From an uncultured Acidobacteriota bacterium (lineage in GTDB: Bacteria > Acidobacteriota > Vicinamibacteria > Vicinamibacterales > UBA8438), in NCBI GenBank assembly GCA_913043225.1, contig CAJWLU010000002.1:64001-128000 (forward strand): a DNA stretch of 64,000 bases. The letters are read 5' to 3'. The notes under the pieces were generated by a model. It searched no databases. It was given only the letters and a program-made list of their open reading frames with translations, and was not told where the DNA came from. This document shows, piece by piece, positions 1-9,417 of this stretch (position 1 is its first letter; every line of letters starts with the position of its first letter). Position numbers and translations under genes: made by a program.

Positions 1-1
1 A

Positions 2-154
2 GGAGAGCGTGCGGTCGCTGCTCGGGTCGCTAGCGAGTTGCGCCTGGCCGGTCTTGATGTAGAACTGACCGAGATCGCGCCTGGGTGACCGAATGTGGTG
101 GCGCGGCTGACGGCCGTGCACCGACCAGGTCTGCCGTCACTGTTTGTGGAATAG
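2..154 (+). pseudogene. Remnant of an M20/ArgE-DapE family metallopeptidase/deacetylase N-terminus (cut by window edge)
   Basis: Frame from nt 2 reads GERAVAARVASELRLAGLDVELTEIAPG*PNVVARL, matching the M20 'GE..A...L...GLDV...E..PGRPNVV' segment with CGA->TGA at 86-88; similarity is lost before TAG at 152-154. Confidence 0.6.
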
Positions 155-303
155 GCTCCGGAGCAGAAACATCACGTTAGCGGGTCGTTCGCTGAGGCGA
201 CGCTTTCTCCGAGGTAGTTCAGCGTGTAGCGCAGACGGGATTGGTTCTGGCGGCGATTGTGGTGAGCGTCAGGAACAGGGTGCGGGAGAGCGTGTCGAGC
301 ACG

Positions 304-1506
304 CTAGTGCGTAAACGCGGAGGTGCCGCGATCGTGAAGCAGATGGTGGAGTGAACGAGCGTAGTAACGGAGCACGTTCCGGTCGCGAACGCGGTAGCGT
401 TCGCCTTCCACAGCGATAACGCCGCGGAGGACCAGCGGTTCGGTCGCCTGCTCGACCGCCTCTCGTCCATGCTCGACGTCCAGGTTGGCGCCGACCAGCC
501 GCAGCGCGTCCAGTAGTTCGTCAATCCCGTCGATCAACGCCTGGCGGGGCATCGATGGTCGCATGGCGGCCGAGATGAGGGCGGTGGGCACCACCTTGTA
601 GATCTTGCCAATGGCTTCCCGCGTACGCCGGGTCAGGGTGACCAGCCCGCGCCGCGAGTCCGGGTCGAAGTCGGGAAGCAGAATCGGTTGTCCGAAGGTG
701 ACGAACGCGCGCGACTCGTACCCGACGGCAAGTCGGACCATCTCGGCCACCTCCACCGAGAAGCCCCGCTGTCTGCGTTTGACACCTTGCTTGATCAATG
801 CCTGATCTTCGAGCACCAGGTCATAGGAGATGGCGACGGGGACGATGACGGCATCGGGGTTTCGGGCCTGCATCACCGCTTGCAGCATGCCCGTCTTCAG
901 CGGCTTCAGCTCACCGCTGTAGCTGCGTCCGCCTTCGAGGTACAGGAAGAGGTCGGAGCGCTGTACCAACTCGGCCACGTAGGCTCGGAGCGTGGCCAAG
1001 TAGGCTGGGTCTCGGGAGTTACGGCGTATCGGGAGAGCGCCGGTGACGTACCGGTTAAGCAGGCCCATTGCACCGTTGAACAGGTTGATGCCGGCGGCGA
1101 TTACCGGGGGGCGGATACCATGGTCGTCGAGGACCAGCAACTCCACCAGATAGTCGATGTGGCTGCGGTGGTTCGACGCGTAGATGACCCGCTGAGAACC
1201 GGTGGCTGCCCGGACGATGTCGATGTGTTCCGGCACCCGCTCGATCTTTCTGAAGATCGGATACAGCGGATGCTTCAGGTTGCGATAGACCGAGTAGCGC
1301 TGGGTGGTCCGGAACTCTTCAAGGTAGCCCGAAATGCGCTCGCGGGCCTCGTCCGAGCTCAGGCCAGGCACTCCTCGCAGGTAGCGTGCTACTTCTTCAC
1401 GAGAGAGCACCGCTTGCCTGATATCGTCGTCCACGCGCGGAATATACCACGGCGATTGACCAGCCTCTGGCGCCGCGTGGGGCCCGCGATCCGGGCGCCA
1501 GCTCAC
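304..1506 (-). CDS. Glycerol-3-phosphate/lysophospholipid acyltransferase (PlsB/PlsC-like)
   Basis: NHRSHID (HX4D) motif, LEGGRSYSG and VPVAISYD blocks. Confidence 0.85.
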   Translation of the reverse strand: MSWRPDRGPHAAPEAGQSPWYIPRVDDDIRQAVLSREEVARYLRGVPGLSSDEARERISGYLEEFRTTQRYSVYRNLKHPLYPIFRKIERVPEHIDIVRAATGSQRVIYASNHRSHIDYLVELLVLDDHGIRPPVIAAGINLFNGAMGLLNRYVTGALPIRRNSRDPAYLATLRAYVAELVQRSDLFLYLEGGRSYSGELKPLKTGMLQAVMQARNPDAVIVPVAISYDLVLEDQALIKQGVKRRQRGFSVEVAEMVRLAVGYESRAFVTFGQPILLPDFDPDSRRGLVTLTRRTREAIGKIYKVVPTALISAAMRPSMPRQALIDGIDELLDALRLVGANLDVEHGREAVEQATEPLVLRGVIAVEGERYRVRDRNVLRYYARSLHHLLHDRGTSAFTH

Positions 1507-2612
1507 TGCTCGACGCTCACGATGACTGGTCGTGACAGCCGTACGGTTAGGCGGATTCCGGGCGGCAGTCCGGCCGGCTCCGCATCGCCGCCCATAGCTG
1601 CGGCCGTGCCTCCGGCGGCGCCGATCGATCCGCCGATCGCTGCGCCTCGACCGCCTCCCAGAATGGCGCCGAGGATGGCTCCGCCCACAGCAGCGCCGCC
1701 GATCTTGGCGACGTTCTCCTTACCTCGCGATTCGCCCTCCCGGTAGATGGTTTCGGTCACCATCGGCACCCGGTAGCCGTCAGCCATCACCAGGGTATGG
1801 AACCGCACGCCCAACCGCGAGGCGTCGCGCAGTTTGCCCCCCTGTTCGGATAGCACGACCGAGCCCAGCACTCGTGTGCCGGCAGCCACTGCCACCTGTT
1901 CCGCCACCAGCACGTCCCTGGTGACTCTTGCTTCGACCCGGTCCTCGACCTTGGCGGTCCGCGTCGACACGCCGTTCTCGATTTGCAGGCCGATCACGGC
2001 GTCGGCCGCAATCTCGAACTCGCTGAAGGTGGTTTCCGGTTCCGGCGCCGTTACTGATCGGGCGGCCTGGCTGTCGTCCGGGACCGGTTCCGCGTCGAGT
2101 GCGGCGAGCGCCTCGCCCGGTTGGACGGCGGCGGTACTTTCTGTGCCGGCGGGTTGTTCCCATCCCTCTATGACCGGGAGATCAACGGCTGGTGGCGTTG
2201 CTGCTGCGGGCGCCTGGGAGTCCGCGACCGTTGCTTCGGGTTCTGGAGTGGCCCGTTCAGTAATGGTCGGCCGGACCGGCGGGTCATCGGAGGCCTCGTC
2301 GGCGACGACGGGCTCGGGCGTGGGCGCCGGCGCTTCCGCGGGCGGTTCGGCCGTCCGCTCGGTGACGGGCTCGGCAGACGGGGCCGAGGTCTGCGGCTCC
2401 GCTGTTGCAGGTGCGTCCACGACTTGTTCGGTGGCGTCCACGGCCGGTGCCGGCTCGGCGGTAGCGACATCGGTTTCTGGACTCACCGCGGCCTGCTCTG
2501 CTACAGGCATCTGCTCGGCGGCGTTCTGCCGGACGGCGAGATACGCACCGGCTCCGGCCGCCCCGATGACCGCGGCGATGAGTCCCACGACGGCGACCGA
2601 TTTGCTTAACAT
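1503..2612 (-). CDS. Membrane-anchored protein with Pro/Ala/Glu-rich linker and C-terminal TrbI/VirB10-like beta domain with glycine zipper
   Basis: N-terminal TM, low-complexity linker, 'S..A.VED.V.ARVTRDV..G..V.GSV' domain, GGAAVGGAILGAILGGGRGAAIGG zipper. Confidence 0.65.
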   Translation of the reverse strand: MLSKSVAVVGLIAAVIGAAGAGAYLAVRQNAAEQMPVAEQAAVSPETDVATAEPAPAVDATEQVVDAPATAEPQTSAPSAEPVTERTAEPPAEAPAPTPEPVVADEASDDPPVRPTITERATPEPEATVADSQAPAAATPPAVDLPVIEGWEQPAGTESTAAVQPGEALAALDAEPVPDDSQAARSVTAPEPETTFSEFEIAADAVIGLQIENGVSTRTAKVEDRVEARVTRDVLVAEQVAVAAGTRVLGSVVLSEQGGKLRDASRLGVRFHTLVMADGYRVPMVTETIYREGESRGKENVAKIGGAAVGGAILGAILGGGRGAAIGGSIGAAGGTAAAMGGDAEPAGLPPGIRLTVRLSRPVIVSVEQ

Positions 2613-2882
2613 CTCCGTCACCCCTTGCTTACAATTGTCGTGCCTGAACCGGGGGCGCCTGCAGGTCCACCGGTTTCTTCCCTGTTTTCGGTTCCGAACG
2701 GGTCCGGGTCCAGCGTTACTTCAGCCCCAGCGGCAGGACAGAGTATGTCTTGATTATCTCCGAAACTGGCCCGCGGCGCCTTGTAGACTGGGCTGATGAG
2801 GGGACAGCGTGTCCTGCTCAGGCTACCCGGCGAGATCGGCCAATTCGGGTGCAATGTCGAGCGTTTGGCTCCATAGCCCGTC

Positions 2883-4040
2883 GTGTCATCTTTTCTACCC
2901 TCTGACTCGCCTGACAAGCTGTCTCCGGTCGCCCGTTTGGTGACCGTTGCTCTGCTGCTATTTGGGTTCCTGGTCGGGGTCAAGGGGCTCGGCGAGGGCT
3001 TCGAGCTGCTGGGAGGGGACACGCTCGACGTCATCTTCTCCACCACGGCCAACCCGTTCATGGGGCTGGTGGTCGGTATTCTCACCACAACGGTTGTGCA
3101 GAGCTCGTCGGTCACGACCTCGATGATCGTTGGCCTGGTTGCCGCTCCAGAATCACCCCTGCCGTTCGCCAATGCGGTGCCCATGATCATGGGCGCCAAC
3201 ATCGGTACGACGGTAACTGCCACGGTCGTCTCGCTTGCCCACATGGGACGCCGTGAAGAGTTCGAGAAGGCGTTTCCTGTCGCGGTCTGTCACGACCTCT
3301 TTAACTATGCGACGGTGGTGGTGCTCCTCCCCTTGGAGATGATGACGGGCTACCTCCAGCGCGTAGCCCGGTCGATGGCCCAGGCGCTGGAAGGGGTGGG
3401 AGGCTACGACTACGAGAGCCCGCTCGCTAGCGCCATTTCCGCCGCGTTGTCTCCGGTTGAGCAGCTCGCGGCAGCCACGTTGTCGACCCAGCAGCTTCAG
3501 GGCATCGCATTGATTCTCTTCGCGGGCGGGACCATCTTCATTACGCTGTTCTTGCTGGTGAAGGTGATGCGGTCGCTGGTGCGAACCCGGGTCGAACGAC
3601 TGGTCACCAACGTACTCGGATCGAGCGCCGTGTTGTCGATTCTGGTCGGTGTCACGGTGACGGTCATGGTGCAGTCGAGCTCGATCACGACTTCGCTGCT
3701 CGTCCCGCTGGGGGCTGCCGGGCTGCTTCGACTGGAGCAGGCGTTGCCCATCACCATCGGGGCAAACGTCGGCACGACCGTTACTGCGCTGCTGGCGACG
3801 TTATCCGTGTCTGGACCGAACGCTATCTTCGGCCTCGAGATCGCACTCGTCCATTTACTGTTCAATCTGACTGGAATGCTGCTCATCTACCCGGCGGAAA
3901 CGGTCCGGAATGTTCCGCTACGCGGCGCCCGCTATTTGACCTCGCTGGCGCTCCGCAACCGGAAACTCACCTTCGTGTGGGTGGCGGCGCTGTTCTATGG
4001 CGTCCCGGCGCTTCTCCTCTTCATTGACCGTCTGCTGTAG
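2883..4040 (+). CDS. Na+/phosphate cotransporter (NptA/SLC34 family)
   Basis: Duplicated QSSS and GAN(I/V)GTT motifs; multiple TM segments. Confidence 0.9.
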   Translation: MSSFLPSDSPDKLSPVARLVTVALLLFGFLVGVKGLGEGFELLGGDTLDVIFSTTANPFMGLVVGILTTTVVQSSSVTTSMIVGLVAAPESPLPFANAVPMIMGANIGTTVTATVVSLAHMGRREEFEKAFPVAVCHDLFNYATVVVLLPLEMMTGYLQRVARSMAQALEGVGGYDYESPLASAISAALSPVEQLAAATLSTQQLQGIALILFAGGTIFITLFLLVKVMRSLVRTRVERLVTNVLGSSAVLSILVGVTVTVMVQSSSITTSLLVPLGAAGLLRLEQALPITIGANVGTTVTALLATLSVSGPNAIFGLEIALVHLLFNLTGMLLIYPAETVRNVPLRGARYLTSLALRNRKLTFVWVAALFYGVPALLLFIDRLL

Positions 4041-4145
4041 CGCTCGACGTCGGGATACACTGGGTCGACACCAGACGACTGACCCACTCCGCCGGGTACT
4101 CCCGGCCCGATATTCCGACTCGGTGGGTGTGGTCTGCGAGAGCCT

Positions 4146-5258
4146 GTGACCACCTACCCTCGTATCACCGTCATCGGCGCTGGCATTATCGGATGCGCGG
4201 TGGCGTATGAGCTTGGCCGGCGAGGTGCAGCGGTTACCGTTCTCGAGCGGCGAGACGTGGCTCTGGGCGCGACCCAGGCGTCGGCCGGGATGCTGGCCCC
4301 TTTCATCGAAGCCCATCACGGTGGACCGCTGCGGGCGCTCGGCGTGCGCAGCCTCGAGCTCTACGACCGATTCATCAGCGATGTCGTGGCCGACAGCCGT
4401 CCAGTGTCTTATTACCGGACCGGCACGCTCGAGGTGGCTACCGACGACGCGATGCTGGGTGATCTGGCAGCCGTGGCTCACCAGCTGTCTTCGGAGGGTG
4501 TCGACAGCGAACTACTGGATGCCGTTGGGGCACGCCGGGCCGAGCCGCATCTATCGGCGGATGTGGCGGGAGCGCTGTTGGTTCCTGCCCAGGGATTCGT
4601 CGCGGCCGCCGCACTGGCCCAGGCGCTCAGGGAAGCGGCGGTCCGGCATGGCGTGATATTTCGGACGGCTAGCGCCGCCTCTGGTCTCCGTCCGGTGAAC
4701 GGTCATGTCGAGGTGACCGTCGACGACGGGGAACACACGGCCGACGCGGTGGTCATAGCGACGGGCAGCTGGACGGGTGCCCTCGGCATTGACGGCATCC
4801 AGCCACCGCCGGTTCGCCCCGTTCGCGGGCAGCTGTTGCAGCTTGACTGGACCGGCGACCCGCTGTCGCGCGTGATCTTCGCCCCACGTTGCTACGTCGT
4901 GCCGTGGGAGAACGGCGCGGTGCTGGTGGGCGCCACGGAGGAGGAGGTCGGGTTCGACGAGCGCGCGACGGCCGGCGGTGTCGCCGAGCTTCTCGATGCT
5001 ATCGGCGCCCTACTGCCGGCGTCGCAGGCGGCGGGGTTCGAGGAGGTGCGGGTCGGGCTTCGACCCGGGACTCCAGATGATCTACCGGTGTTGGGCCGGG
5101 CCGAGGTGGTGCCAAACGTCATTTACGCCACTGGGCACTATCGGAACGGCGTCCTGTTGGCGCCGGTGACCGCGCAATTGATCGCCGACCTTGTCCTGGA
5201 CGACCAGGAAGACGCGTTGCTCGTGCCGTTCACGCCGGCCCGATTTCATACGACTTGA
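4146..5258 (+). CDS. thiO: Glycine oxidase ThiO-like FAD-dependent oxidoreductase
   Basis: GAGIIG FAD motif, ASAGMLAP, PVRGQ, GLRP, GHYRNGVLLAP. Confidence 0.8.
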   Translation: MTTYPRITVIGAGIIGCAVAYELGRRGAAVTVLERRDVALGATQASAGMLAPFIEAHHGGPLRALGVRSLELYDRFISDVVADSRPVSYYRTGTLEVATDDAMLGDLAAVAHQLSSEGVDSELLDAVGARRAEPHLSADVAGALLVPAQGFVAAAALAQALREAAVRHGVIFRTASAASGLRPVNGHVEVTVDDGEHTADAVVIATGSWTGALGIDGIQPPPVRPVRGQLLQLDWTGDPLSRVIFAPRCYVVPWENGAVLVGATEEEVGFDERATAGGVAELLDAIGALLPASQAAGFEEVRVGLRPGTPDDLPVLGRAEVVPNVIYATGHYRNGVLLAPVTAQLIADLVLDDQEDALLVPFTPARFHTT

Positions 5259-5265
5259 GCCTATC

Positions 5266-5757
5266 GTGTCCACCAAGCTGAAGAAGAGTTACAGCGCGCG
5301 CGAGGTTGCGGCCCTGACCGGGCTGACTGCGAGGCAGCTCCAGTGGTGGGATGCACGCCAGCTCCTGTCGGCCAGCGTCGCGAGCCGCCAAACCGAAAAA
5401 GGGGGTTACACCGAGCGCCGCTACTCGCCCGTCGATCTGTACGAGCTGTCGGCGTTGGCCGAGCTGCGGCGACGGGGATTCACCGTGCAACGCATCCGCA
5501 AGGTCCTCTCGGCCCTTAAGGAGCACTTCGGCGTGCGGCTGTTCGAGGCGCTGGGAGAGGATGGGCCCATCACCCTCCTGGTGGACGGGCAGGACGTCTA
5601 TGCTCGCACTAACAGTGGGGCGTTCCACAACCTCGTGGAAGCGCCTGGGCAGCCGATGCTGGTGCTGGGAGAAGACAGCTTCAAGACCTTGCGTGCCAAA
5701 CTCGGCGGCCGTCCGCGCCGCAAGACCGCCAAGAAGAAGGGCGGGAAGACCTCATGA
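5266..5757 (+). CDS. MerR family transcriptional regulator
   Basis: YSAREVAALTGLTARQLQWWD HTH and RRYS motif; probable GTG start at 5266. Confidence 0.85.
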   Translation: MSTKLKKSYSAREVAALTGLTARQLQWWDARQLLSASVASRQTEKGGYTERRYSPVDLYELSALAELRRRGFTVQRIRKVLSALKEHFGVRLFEALGEDGPITLLVDGQDVYARTNSGAFHNLVEAPGQPMLVLGEDSFKTLRAKLGGRPRRKTAKKKGGKTS

Positions 5758-6029
5758 AGTGTCGGCTGGGTCGGATACGACGCTGGCTGCACGGCCTGCT
5801 TGGGTGGAGCACGTATGTAGCGCTCGCCCTGCTCGTGATCTTGGTGACGGCCGTGGTCGCGTTGCGCTGGGTCGATCCGCCCACCAGCGCGTTCATCGAG
5901 CGGTACCGCGTGGCAGTCATCCGGGCCGACCAGCCGGACCGTCGTCCGCGCCAGCGGTGGGTGACACTCGACCAGATGGATCGCCTCGGCGCCGATATTT
6001 CGACGGCATCTAGAACCGTTGCAACATAG
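5754..6029 (+). pseudogene. mtgA: Truncated monofunctional peptidoglycan transglycosylase (MtgA) N-terminus
   Basis: TM followed by LRWVDPPTSAF and RQRWVTLDQM typical of MtgA; ends before the catalytic AED motif. Confidence 0.65.
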
Positions 6030-6051
6030 CCCGATATATCCGGGATCCGTC

Positions 6052-7212
6052 TTAGTGCAAGAAACAGCGGCTACCGGTCTCGACCACGGTGACCCCCATC
6101 TCGTGCGCGGCTTCGCGTACCGACTCGTCGCGCAGCGAGCCGCCGGCGTGGGCCACGAAGCGCACTCCCGTGAGCGCCGCGCGATCCACGTTGTCCCGGA
6201 ACGGGATGAACGCGTCCGAACTCATGCACAGTTCGTCGAATGAGGCGAACCACTCCCGCTTTTCATCGGCGGTCAGGGGCTCTGGCTGGTAGCCGAGGGT
6301 CGAAGTCAGGTTTGCGTGCTCCGGGTCTGACAGATCGTGCCAGTGCACGTACTGGTCGACCGCGTTCGTCCGCTCGGGTCGGCCCACGCCATCCGGGAAG
6401 TTCAGGGCCAGCACCTTTGGGTGGGTCTGCAGCATCCACTTCTCGGCTTTTGCGCACGCGATACGGGTGCAGTGGATGCGCGACTGTTGCCCAGCCCCCA
6501 TTCCGATTACCTGTCCGCCGGCCGCCACCGATACCGAGTTCGATTGGGTGTACTTGAGCGCCGTCGTGGCCAGCACCATCGTTTCCTCGACCGAAGGCGG
6601 AAGCGTCGGCCCTCCACGGAACATATCCCGGGTGATGGGCAGCGCGTTGCGGTCCTGCTCGAGCCTGAGACCGAAGACCTCACGTGTCTCGATCGGTCCG
6701 GGCTCGAAGTCAGGGTCGATTTGGAGAATGAGGTACCCGCCTCGTCTCTTCGACTTGAGTAGTTCGAGAGCATCCGGCTCGAAGCCCGGCGCGGCGATCA
6801 AGTCGGATACTTCACCCTTGAGAATCTCGGCCAGCTCGAGGTTGACTGGGGCGCTCACGACCGCGGCGTCGCCAAACGAACTGACCCGGTCGGCGCCTCT
6901 GGCCCGCACATAGGCTGAGGCCACTGCCGACTGCGGGGGCGCATCGAGGAACTGGGCTTTCGCGAACGCATCGGATACCTTACCCTCGATGGCCGCGCCT
7001 GCCGGGCTGACGTGCTTGAACGACGCGGCAGCAACCTTGCCCAGGTTCGTCTGGAGCTCCCTAACCAGAGGCCATGCGGTCAGCGCGTCCATGATGTTGA
7101 TATAGCTGGGCGTGCCGTTGAGCACTTTCACTGGCAGTGTTCCGCTGTTCGAGCTGAGACGGGCGTTGCCTTGATGGGGATTGCAACCGTACTTGAGCGT
7201 GAGATCGGCCAT
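6052..7212 (-). CDS. purH: Stand-alone AICAR formyltransferase (PurH transformylase domain without the IMP cyclohydrolase domain)
   Basis: LKYGCNPHQ start, SFKHVSPAG, KYTQSNSV, GAGQQSRIHC, SSDAFIPFRDNVD, C-terminal R.F.H. Confidence 0.9.
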   Translation of the reverse strand: MADLTLKYGCNPHQGNARLSSNSGTLPVKVLNGTPSYINIMDALTAWPLVRELQTNLGKVAAASFKHVSPAGAAIEGKVSDAFAKAQFLDAPPQSAVASAYVRARGADRVSSFGDAAVVSAPVNLELAEILKGEVSDLIAAPGFEPDALELLKSKRRGGYLILQIDPDFEPGPIETREVFGLRLEQDRNALPITRDMFRGGPTLPPSVEETMVLATTALKYTQSNSVSVAAGGQVIGMGAGQQSRIHCTRIACAKAEKWMLQTHPKVLALNFPDGVGRPERTNAVDQYVHWHDLSDPEHANLTSTLGYQPEPLTADEKREWFASFDELCMSSDAFIPFRDNVDRAALTGVRFVAHAGGSLRDESVREAAHEMGVTVVETGSRCFLH

Positions 7213-7217
7213 GGGGG

Positions 7218-7379
7218 TTAGCGTTGCACCTTGTACTGCAGACGCACCACGCCGCCTGCATAGGTCTGGGAATGGCGAACGTTCAGCGGGATGTCCCGGT
7301 GTCGCGGCGCCACCAGTGGAATCCCCTCGCCGATAAGGACGGGGATGACATGGATATCGAACTTGTCGAGCTGACCGGA
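7218..7379 (-). pseudogene. C-terminal remnant of a dihydrofolate reductase/RibD C-terminal domain protein
   Basis: Minus frame reads SGQLDKFDIHVIPVLIGEGIPLVAPRHRDIPLNVRHSQTYAGGVVRLQYKVQR*; no start codon or N-terminal part. Confidence 0.7.
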
Positions 7380-7437
7380 GTCTGGCCAGGGGCGTATCTG
7401 ACCAGTCAGGTCCAGTTCGACGCGCGGCCGTAACCCG

Positions 7438-7725
7438 CTAGTCGCTCTCGGCCGTGACCGGATCGATCATCCGCTTGACGCCCGTCACTGTCGTGGCCGG
7501 GAAGCCACTCCGCTCGGCGTGCTCCGCGATCAGCCCTTCGTTGTCGGCGATGTAGATGCAGAAGGTCTTGTCGCCGGCCACGTAGGAGTGTTCCCACTGG
7601 ATGGCCTTCTGCTCCGCCTTCATGGTGGCCAGAACGCCGTTCGACTTCTGGGCGGCTTCGCGGAGCGCTTCGCGCTCGGCCGAGCCAATGGCGGGGATGT
7701 CTCGTTCGATCACGTATCGCGGCAT
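7438..7725 (-). CDS. DUF4242 (SCO4226-like) small protein
   Basis: MPRYVIER...W.HSYV..DKTFCIY.A.NE..I.EHA..SGFPA; AAGGAG RBS. Confidence 0.85.
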   Translation of the reverse strand: MPRYVIERDIPAIGSAEREALREAAQKSNGVLATMKAEQKAIQWEHSYVAGDKTFCIYIADNEGLIAEHAERSGFPATTVTGVKRMIDPVTAESD

Positions 7726-8013
7726 GAGCCGGATCTCCTTTCAGACTGTCGTGCCGCAATCTTACTCGAACCTCTGGCCTGCCTGTGTGGCCTCGACCCA
7801 GACCGCATGATCTCCATGTCCTCGAATGGTCCGCCCCATCACCGAGCGAACGAGCAGCCCTCCCCGGCGACCAGTGGGCTGACTTCCGATTCGGCGAAGC
7901 GGAGCGCAGCCAGGTCGGTCACACCTTCGTAGAGCGGCCTTTCGTGCGGCGTGTCTCCTTTAGTGAGTGCCACGTCTCACGAGACCAGAAGGACAAGGCC
8001 GACTTTGGCGCGT

Positions 8014-8457
8014 CTATTCTCTCGGGTCTAGGCGGTAAACGTAGCGATCGCCAGGGAATCCCTCCATCTCCCCGGGCCTGCCGACCAGGACTGCCAGGAG
8101 CGGGTAGATCCGGTCGCCGAACCTTACCCGAACCCGAGGGTCGGCCCGTATGTGGTCGAGCCAGGCTCGGCCCTCAGCGGGATCGATGAATAGCTGGCCG
8201 TTCTGGACGACGTAGTTCAACTCGACCGAATAGGGGGCGTCTGGGCGAGTCTCGAGGTCGAGGTTTCGGTCCGTGACGAACGACCAGTCGGTAACCGGTT
8301 CCTCGTCGACCGTTCCGGAAAGTGTGGCCCCTGGAATCGCGTAAAACGGTCCGTTACGGGTACCGGCGAGTGCGAGCAGGAGGGCGATGCCGATGGCGAA
8401 CCCGGCAACGGCTCGCTTGAGTACGGCCGTCAGGTGCGCCAGCGCAGGCTCCCTCAT
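8014..8457 (-). CDS. Membrane-anchored hypothetical protein, possibly split-barrel (DUF385-like)
   Basis: N-terminal TM; 'LETRP..PYSV' and 'W...I.ADPRVRVR' motifs; ATGA overlap with the upstream gene. Confidence 0.55.
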   Translation of the reverse strand: MREPALAHLTAVLKRAVAGFAIGIALLLALAGTRNGPFYAIPGATLSGTVDEEPVTDWSFVTDRNLDLETRPDAPYSVELNYVVQNGQLFIDPAEGRAWLDHIRADPRVRVRFGDRIYPLLAVLVGRPGEMEGFPGDRYVYRLDPRE

Positions 8458-9023
8458 TCGGCCACGGCGTAAGGGCCTGGTGTGGGTTCGATCGACACTT
8501 CACCGCCGACGTCGCCGTCACGTACGGCCCACGGGACGAAGCCGCTGTTCAGATCCGCGTCGCTCTGCTCGCCGCTGCCGAAGTTGAGGGCCCAGGCCAC
8601 GCCGGCTTCAGGGTTACCGCGCCTTGACCAGTACTGGCGAGCCTGGATGTTGTGGAACGGGCCAGGGTTGTCGGCCGAGATACCATCGTTGGAGAAGAGA
8701 CTCCCCATTTCGCTGTTGGTGCAGTTGAGGCCCCGGCAGCTTGCGTCAAAAGTAAGGGGAAGCCGCCAGTCGGAGAAACCGGCGATGCGCAGGCTGCTGG
8801 CCCATCGGCTCGCCTCTTCCCACGTCATCACACCGTCGTTGTCCGCGCCCGAGCTCTGGGACCAGTTCGCGTCGCCAATCCACGTGATGCGTTGAGTCGT
8901 GTCGTAGATGAGCTTCACGCCGTCGTAGGTGCCCCTGTCAATCAGCTCCGCCCGAACGTCTGTGGCAAGTCCGAGACCCAGGGCCGCCGCAAGTAGCGCA
9001 ACCCGGCTGTCTGTTTTCCTCAT
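8454..9023 (-). CDS. Secreted DUF1566 (Lcl C-terminal-like) domain protein
   Basis: Signal peptide, IYD...ITW, MTW.EA..WA, G.SDWRLP, YWS, AW..NF..G, WAVRDG. Confidence 0.75.
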   Translation of the reverse strand: MRKTDSRVALLAAALGLGLATDVRAELIDRGTYDGVKLIYDTTQRITWIGDANWSQSSGADNDGVMTWEEASRWASSLRIAGFSDWRLPLTFDASCRGLNCTNSEMGSLFSNDGISADNPGPFHNIQARQYWSRRGNPEAGVAWALNFGSGEQSDADLNSGFVPWAVRDGDVGGEVSIEPTPGPYAVAE

Positions 9024-9309
9024 CGTGGTTTTCCCTTCCGCCCGGCCGATCGGAGCCTCAATTCTCAGTATTGTCCCCCAAGCGACGGGGTTCAGAGACA
9101 GTCATCTTGCATCCTGGTCGCGCCATGGGTGCGAGGGTTGGAGATGAGCCTGCTTGAAGCGTGCCTGCCTCCTCGAACCCGAATTGTCGAGGCAGGCTCA
9201 CACTCCGTGAGTTTGATGGTTCCTGTTTGGGTGACGCGTTACTGATCGCCGTCGCCCGTTGGAGTTGCGGCGGGGCATCCTGCCCTGCATTGAGTCCGCA
9301 GCGTGCCAG

Positions 9310-9406
9310 CACTAGGCTCGTGCCCGCCTCACCGCGTCGACCGTGCCCGCGACCGGGAGGCCGCGCCGTTACGAAGGGGTGTCGGAGGTCATGCAGGCGG
9401 ACGGCT
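9310..9406 (-). pseudogene. Possible tyrosine recombinase/integrase C-terminal remnant
   Basis: Minus frame reads AVRLHDLRHPFVT...GEAGTSL (HxLRH box); very short match. Confidence 0.4.
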
Positions 9407-9417
9407 GGTCAGACACG

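Noticed and set aside
1503..2612. TrbI/VirB10-like domain as a sign of a conjugation system
   Set aside because: No other type IV secretion, relaxase or coupling genes nearby
688..2796. Long plus-strand ORFs (688-1746, 1834-2796) and many similar ORFs such as 9389-10903, 13468-14550 and 14921-16252
   Set aside because: Shadow or alternate frames of well-supported genes in GC-rich DNA, with no family motifs
7740..8010. 270-bp gap that may be another gene remnant
   Set aside because: No recognisable family or convincing structure in the frames examined
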